A stretch of 25,743 nt of DNA, filler included, from Rozella allomycis CSF55 (lineage: Eukaryota), in NCBI GenBank assembly GCA_000442015.1. It is 6 parts of 6 records of this genome, joined end to end, with 100 filler letters (N's around TTAATTAATTAA, not from the genome) between each part and the next. Parts side by side here need not be neighbours in the genome. Positions count along the whole stretch, not along the records: positions 16,881 to 24,176 come from KE561404.1; positions 24,277 to 25,743 come from KE561407.1; 4 more parts are not named here. The stretch is one strand, 5' to 3'. This document shows, one piece after another, positions 20,640 to 25,743 of this stretch. The notes beneath the pieces were generated by a model. It had not been told where the DNA came from. It did no database searches and saw only the letters and a list, made by a program, of their open reading frames with translations. Position 1 is the stretch's first letter. Every line of letters begins with the position of its first letter. Position numbers and translations under genes: made by a program.

Positions 20640-21091
20640 GAAAGTGACAAATTTTTCGAGTAGCTAATGATAATTGATTGTGTTCATTCGAATATTTTCT
20701 CAAGGAGATGAATAGTCTTATTTTTAATGCTTATTACTTAATAGTTAATATTTAATAAAAGAATATTGACAGCGTTAATATTTTATCAAAGTTCACCATT
20801 AAAAAAGATGCCTCGACAAGAGTGTTAAAATAATTGAATTCGCTTTATCGAAGTTTCCCATCATTAAAAATTAAAATTTTGAATATTGATTATCGTTATC
20901 GCCCAACAGAGTTATGAGCCCAGAAGCCGAGAACTAAATTCACCATAGTATCCTGAAGAACGTAGTTCGATAACTGCTACTGGCCTCGTAATCTATTGAG
21001 CATTTGATAAGACAGACTGGAGGGATCATCTCCCATTTGTTTACACCGACCATTCTAAACAAGGGCTTAGGGTTTTCTAAATAAATCAAAT

Positions 21092-21127
21092 AATGATCAT
21101 TAAGTTCAAAATGATCATTAAGTTCAA
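21092..21127 (+). repeat. Perfect 18-bp tandem duplication
   Basis: aatgatcattaagttcaa x2, with no N between the copies. Confidence 0.85.
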
Positions 21128-21166
21128 CAAAGATATAAAAATTGGAAATGGAGGCCTCACATTTAT

Positions 21167-22411
21167 TCAGTTAAAAATACTAGTCACAGCTTGCCATCCA
21201 CTCTTAATGCCATTGACAACTTTTTGGGAGACGCTTGGCTCGACAAATTGTGAATAACTAGAATTAGGTCCATCACCTAACAAACACAAGGCCTGGGTGG
21301 ATGTTAATCCTCCATATAAACTGTGGTTATCCCATACCTTTTTACCACACGATATTCCATAGGAGCAGTCGCTGTTTAAGGATCCCTTACATACGCGGAA
21401 CGCAGTATCGTGGGGATTAGGGAAAAATATCTCGTTAACGAGTGACGAATGAGCGATCTTCTTTAGCAACACGTGAAAGCTAAACCATGGGACTATATCA
21501 TCTGAAGAAACAACCCTGATGTACTTTTCGGGTCCAATACATTCTGCGGCCCAATCGTTGAATGATAATGAGCCTGTTATTGGTTGGCCATAGGTGTACA
21601 AAGCTGCGAGATTGTTTCCCTTAACCTTCCAATGCAACGCGTACAGATATGCCAAAGAGCCACCTAAAGAATGACCGGTAATTACTACGGAAAAGTCTGG
21701 ATTTGCCTTAATTACTTCGTGTATTCGCGAATCGATTTCGTCCATAATATTCGCAGGCAGAGATCGCAAGAAACCGTTTCTGAGAAAAAATGATTCACTT
21801 TTATCATTTGGTAGTTTGCAAGAGCCATTTTCGATTGATAACCGCTTGTCGCCAAAGATTTCGTCGTGGTAATATCGATCTTGATTTATGTCAGAAATAT
21901 AGTTTTCAAAGTTGTCTGATCCTCTGAATGCAACAACAATTTCTTTAATTTCTTTTGAAACAGTCAGTTGGTACATGAAATCTTTCTTGTCTTTTAGTAT
22001 TGATTGATAACCATCCTTTTCTTCACGAGCAATTAATTCAAAATTCCCTGTGAAAAACAATTTTCCATCTGCTTTAAACCCAGACACTCTCTTAACTCTT
22101 TCGTTGCCATCACAGTATGTAAACCCGCTAAATGAAGCATATCTATAAACCAAGTCTTTGTGAAGCAAATCTCCTCCAGTAACGGATGTATTTTCCGGTG
22201 AAGAATCATATTTCTTTTGAATACCAATAACCTCATCTCTCACTGCTTCAAAAGTTCTTGGTTTCTTGCCAAGTTCCAAGAAATCTTTGAACCCTTTTTC
22301 GATTGAGCTGGAAATCATATCTCCATCGCATTTGCCGAAAAAGGATATGTCAAATGGCCTAGATTTAACTATTTGACAAAATATGATGAACACGTACAGG
22401 TGTAAGAACAT
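21167..22411 (-). CDS. Secreted class 3 lipase, intronless
   Basis: Signal peptide; IVVAFRGS, VVITGHSLGG, YTYGQP, DDIVP and C-terminal DNHSLY with Cys pairs. Confidence 0.93.
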   Translation of the reverse strand: MFLHLYVFIIFCQIVKSRPFDISFFGKCDGDMISSSIEKGFKDFLELGKKPRTFEAVRDEVIGIQKKYDSSPENTSVTGGDLLHKDLVYRYASFSGFTYCDGNERVKRVSGFKADGKLFFTGNFELIAREEKDGYQSILKDKKDFMYQLTVSKEIKEIVVAFRGSDNFENYISDINQDRYYHDEIFGDKRLSIENGSCKLPNDKSESFFLRNGFLRSLPANIMDEIDSRIHEVIKANPDFSVVITGHSLGGSLAYLYALHWKVKGNNLAALYTYGQPITGSLSFNDWAAECIGPEKYIRVVSSDDIVPWFSFHVLLKKIAHSSLVNEIFFPNPHDTAFRVCKGSLNSDCSYGISCGKKVWDNHSLYGGLTSTQALCLLGDGPNSSYSQFVEPSVSQKVVNGIKSGWQAVTSIFN

Positions 22412-22471
22412 TAAGGGGTTTATGTCGCATCAAATTTATGAGTATATAAATAGTAACATTTTTCAAATATA

Positions 22472-22543
22472 TCCGCATTGGTCTAGTGGCTAGGATTTTG
22501 CGCTTTCACCGCAAAGGCCGGGGTTCGATTCCCCGATGCGGAA
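22472..22543 (+). tRNA. tRNA-Glu(TTC)
   Basis: Acceptor stem TCCGCAT/ATGCGGA, anticodon arm TTGCG-CT TTC AC-CGCAA, T-arm CGGGG-TTCGATT-CCCCG, followed by a T6 terminator. Confidence 0.96.
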
Positions 22544-22602
22544 TTTTTTGTGTTTTATGCAAATTCTTTAAGGATACATTTAAAAGTCCTTTTTATTTAA
22601 AT

Positions 22603-24100
22603 TCAATAGGTCGTTTTGTATTGATTAAGACAAGACGTAATTTTTTCTTCGATGCTTTCACTGTGAAGTCCTAAGATGCTATGAAATGATTCAAAATCAG
22701 GTGATAAACGTCTTAAAACATCTGAAGGGTCCATAGACCTTAATTCACCTTTATAACACTATCAATATAGCTACTCTCGGTTATTTTCAGCAACTCTTTG
22801 GTTTTTGCAATCACTCTGTTGATCAAACTAGGTTCTTCCGTAAGGCTCGCCGTATTTTGCGCAGTCTTTAGTTGAATTTCTGAATTTGTGGCTCTTTGAA
22901 AAGGAAAATCATATTTCTATCGTCGATTTAACATTTTCGGCTTACTTCATCCAAGTCCACCGCCTTGTCTAATGAAAATGAAAACAGTTTTCTGGCATAA
23001 GATCGCCTCCAGGTGAAGGGTCGAACATTGGGATTGAAAATAGAATCATACATTGCTACTTCAAAAGCATCTTTCCTTCATGATATATTTAAAGCGTTGG
23101 TACCAAATTCTCTCCTGTTCTAAATCATCTATTTCATCTTCATTCTCTTCCAAAGTTATTTTGGCATCAATCGTATCTAGAATAAACTCTTTGATTTTAT
23201 CTTCGTTATTGAGATTTTCCTGTAAAAGGTCATGATAATCATTACTGGATGGAACCATGGGATTATCTCTGGAAAAGATTCCACAGAAACTTGCTTCTCT
23301 TGTGTGGCGGGGAATTTATCAATCTCGACAGTCTCTTCAAAATCACCGAAATCGTCACCAAAATCGTCATCAACCTTGTCAACTTTTAATTCCGTATTGC
23401 GATTGTGTTGCTCTAGGCTAGTAATTTCTTCTTGCTGTGTCGACTCTTCTATGAGCTCACATGACGTTTCTCTAGTATTTTCATTATTGGACCGTACTAA
23501 AATTTCAGGTTTTTGAATATTTTCAGCATTTTCACCATCATTGGCATCATCGTCTCCATTAAGTGAAGAATCTGCATGATTTGCGCTTTCTGGAATTTCT
23601 TCTTCCTTTGGTTTAACTTGAAGTATTTCTACATTCTCCCTAGTATCTCCTTCATTATTCATTTCCCGGTTTTTCGCTGTAAAGAATATATCTTCATTTT
23701 CTTCATTGTTTGTTTCATTTAAATCCTCGCGATCATTGGAATGAAGAACTTGATTTTGATCTATCTCTTGGGAATCTATACATTGATTATTGTTTGATTC
23801 ACCACTTATATCATCAGGAACAGGAACCTGTATATTTTCGTTGACATTTGTAACCAAGTCCTGTTCTGAATTAATGGACTTTGGCTCTACATTTGAATGA
23901 GTATTAGCTTCTGCATTTTCTTCATCTATATTTTTGTTTTCACAATCTGTTTTAATTGTGTTTTCAGTGGTTAGATTTGATGAATCTAAAGGTTTAGGAA
24001 AATCCTCTTTTTCCAAAGTATTTGGAGATATATCTTCAATTTGATCTTTAGGATTGTCCTGTTCTTCTTGAGGTAAATTTGAAGATGAATTTGAGCTCAT
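22603..24100 (-). CDS. Aftiphilin/DUF5102-like AP-1 accessory protein
   Basis: Introns 23220-23245, 23076-23103, 22917-22945 and 22749-22774 give one ORF. It has a long acidic disordered N-terminus, the gamma-ear-binding-type motif DDDFGDDFGDFEE and the block VRPFTWRRSYARKLFSFSLDKAVDLDE. Confidence 0.7.
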
Positions 24101-24176
24101 TCCGAAAATTACGGATCCTCTTTTGTTTCCAATGCACTATAACGAGTAAAGATAGAGCACCAAACGATACCAAAAT

Positions 24177-24276
24177 NNNNNNNNNNNNNNNNNNNNNNNN
24201 NNNNNNNNNNNNNNNNNNNNTTAATTAATTAANNNNNNNNNNNNNNNNNNNNNNNNNNNNNNNNNNNNNNNNNNNN
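24177..24276. other. Artificial contig spacer
   Basis: N44-TTAATTAATTAA-N44. Confidence 0.97.
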
Positions 24277-24895
24277 ATGCCCATTGTAATAAGGAACAAG
24301 AACTCCAAAGCGTGGTCCCAATACCTCTGCCTGGTCGAAAATTCTTTCCCATTCTTCCATCAACCTAGTCTTTCCAAGCCCGCTCAATCCAGAAGCTACT
24401 GGTAGTTTTCGTGTTTCTTTAGCCGTTCCCAAAGGATCTGCAAATACTTTGAACTTTCCTGCTGCCTGTGCAATTGCTTCTTCTCTTCCTGACAGTTCAA
24501 TATTCCGCTTATCTTCAGGAAGAATTCGACACGAACCAAACAACTTAGTTACATCAATCATCTGCATATTCATAAAATTCAACAAGGCACGAGGATTGGA
24601 TAAATCAACTTGTTCTCCTCGAGGTCCATTCTGTTGATCTATTTCCATTGGTACTACTTATTATTTAACCAATCTTTTTATTCTTACTTGTTTCTTTAAA
24701 TTCTTTGAGCTTGGCATGTATAGTTCCACCAGAAATAGGTCCCAAGATCTGCATCCACACTCCATCACTCCATCCATGGTAATCTTCAAACGGCACTGGT
24801 GAACCATTCTTTTTTTTCATAGATGCAAGCTCTTCCAAAAGTTCAGGATTGCTTCCTTCTAAGAAGGCTTCAAAGTCTTGTTGCTGTTGACTCAT
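24277..24895 (-). CDS. Crinkler/RHS-type P-loop NTPase protein with a small helical N-terminal domain, 3'-truncated
   Basis: Exon 1 (MSQQQQDFEAFL..., 24895-24688) splices in frame via intron 24687-24657 or 24687-24654 to exon 2, which contains GREEAI, Walker A SGLSGLGKTRLMEE and VLVPYYNGH. Confidence 0.6.
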
Positions 24896-25080
24896 TTTGT
24901 TTTTGTTGACAGGGGTATACACAAGACACGGGTAGCTTTGATTGGATAAATAGTTCATAAGAAATACCTTAATGTTTTATAAGCTTATTTCATCATTTTA
25001 TTTAGAGTATACAATGATTTTGGATATTATTCATCAAACGCATAACAAAGGGATACGTCGACGACTTGGAACCCCAAACC

Positions 25081-25143
25081 AAGTGACCATGAGCTGGCTT
25101 AACTTTTGATANAAGTGACCATGAGCTGGCTTAACTTTTGATA
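25081..25143 (+). repeat. 31-bp duplication around N at 25112 (assembly overlap)
   Basis: aagtgaccatgagctggcttaacttttgata lies on both sides of a single N. Confidence 0.9.
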
Positions 25144-25743
25144 TGTGTGAGTAGCAAATGCTAAAGAAGTTAATGGGTATGTTTATAATCTCGGATCTGA
25201 TCTTGATATTGAATTTGGTGATTTTCGTTGGTTTGTTCATCAACTGAAATTGACATTGGAGTCTAAGACCATCATTTTGGGTTTCTTGAGAAGAGAAGAA
25301 TTCTGTTCGAACCATGGAATGTTGCAATTTTGATTGATGATCAAACTTTGGTTGGCAATGTGACTTGATGATGTGGGTATTGGATGGCTATGACTTGACG
25401 ATTCTTGTTTTGAGTTGGGCGTTGATAGCTTTTGTGTCTTTTAGTGCGTCCATTAATAAAGATTCTTTGTAAAGCTTCACAAGAGATGAATGTGGTTGGT
25501 ATAGCAGAAATCGGAGCTTCAAGAGTTTATATTATCAAGATGATTATCATTTATCCAAATAGGGATAGATGCAGTAGAAGAGGACAGTACCTGACAATAA
25601 ATTAAGAACATTCGTATCATTCCATATAGGAATAAGATAGTTTATTTATTTAAACATCGATATAATTGCCGTGTATTTAAACTATGGTTCATTATGTTTG
25701 AAACCAGCCTTAACTCTTGTAAGTTTGAATATTCCAAGTCGAA

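Noticed and set aside
20910..20940. U2 or U6 snRNA-like words (AAGCCGAGAA, ACAGAG)
   Set aside because: The matches are too short, and the conserved flanking snRNA sequences (GTAGTA branch-pairing region, ACAGAGA-AGATTAGC) are absent.
1355..23516. Short antisense or alternate-frame ORFs (e.g. 1355-1549, 1824-2054, 3107-3340, 8532-8798, 10296-10520, 17145-17399, 22033-22236, 23232-23516)
   Set aside because: They are shadows of well-supported genes and have no recognisable motifs.
6537..24276. TTAATTAATTAA palindrome repeated five times, as a biological repeat or recombination site
   Set aside because: It is always centred in exactly 44+44 Ns and is a six-frame stop linker. Genes on either side are truncated and unrelated, so apparent clusters across spacers (for example Helitron capture of GLO2) are unsupported.

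Overview
This is AT-rich, gene-dense eukaryotic DNA, not prokaryotic. It consists of six separate contigs joined by five identical artificial 100-nt spacers (N44-TTAATTAATTAA-N44). Genes are cut at these spacers, so linkage across them cannot be assumed. Housekeeping genes carry very small GT-AG introns (28 inferred, 26-34 nt, half exactly 26 nt). The gene set and intron size suggest an early-diverging, probably flagellated and parasitic fungus or cryptomycete (Rozella-like); this is inference only. Contig 1 (1-6536) holds a decayed Helitron-like (HLE2/Helentron-type) Rep-PIF1 helicase element with 23-aa N-terminal repeats and two host-type micro-introns. Contig 2 holds glyoxalase II head-to-head with an RluA-type pseudouridine synthase, a PPP1R35-like gene, a Ras2-type GTPase and a secreted pseudokinase. 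Contig 3 holds Exo70 twice as a 1.56-kb inverted repeat, probably two haplotypes. Contig 4 holds a 7TM (GprK/RGS-type) receptor fragment and proteasome Rpn3. Contig 5 holds a DEAD-box-like helicase, tRNA-Arg(ACG), two intronless exported alpha/beta hydrolases, tRNA-Glu(TTC) and an aftiphilin/DUF5102-like gene. Contig 6 holds a Crinkler-type P-loop NTPase fragment. All family calls come from motif recognition by eye; no searches were run.
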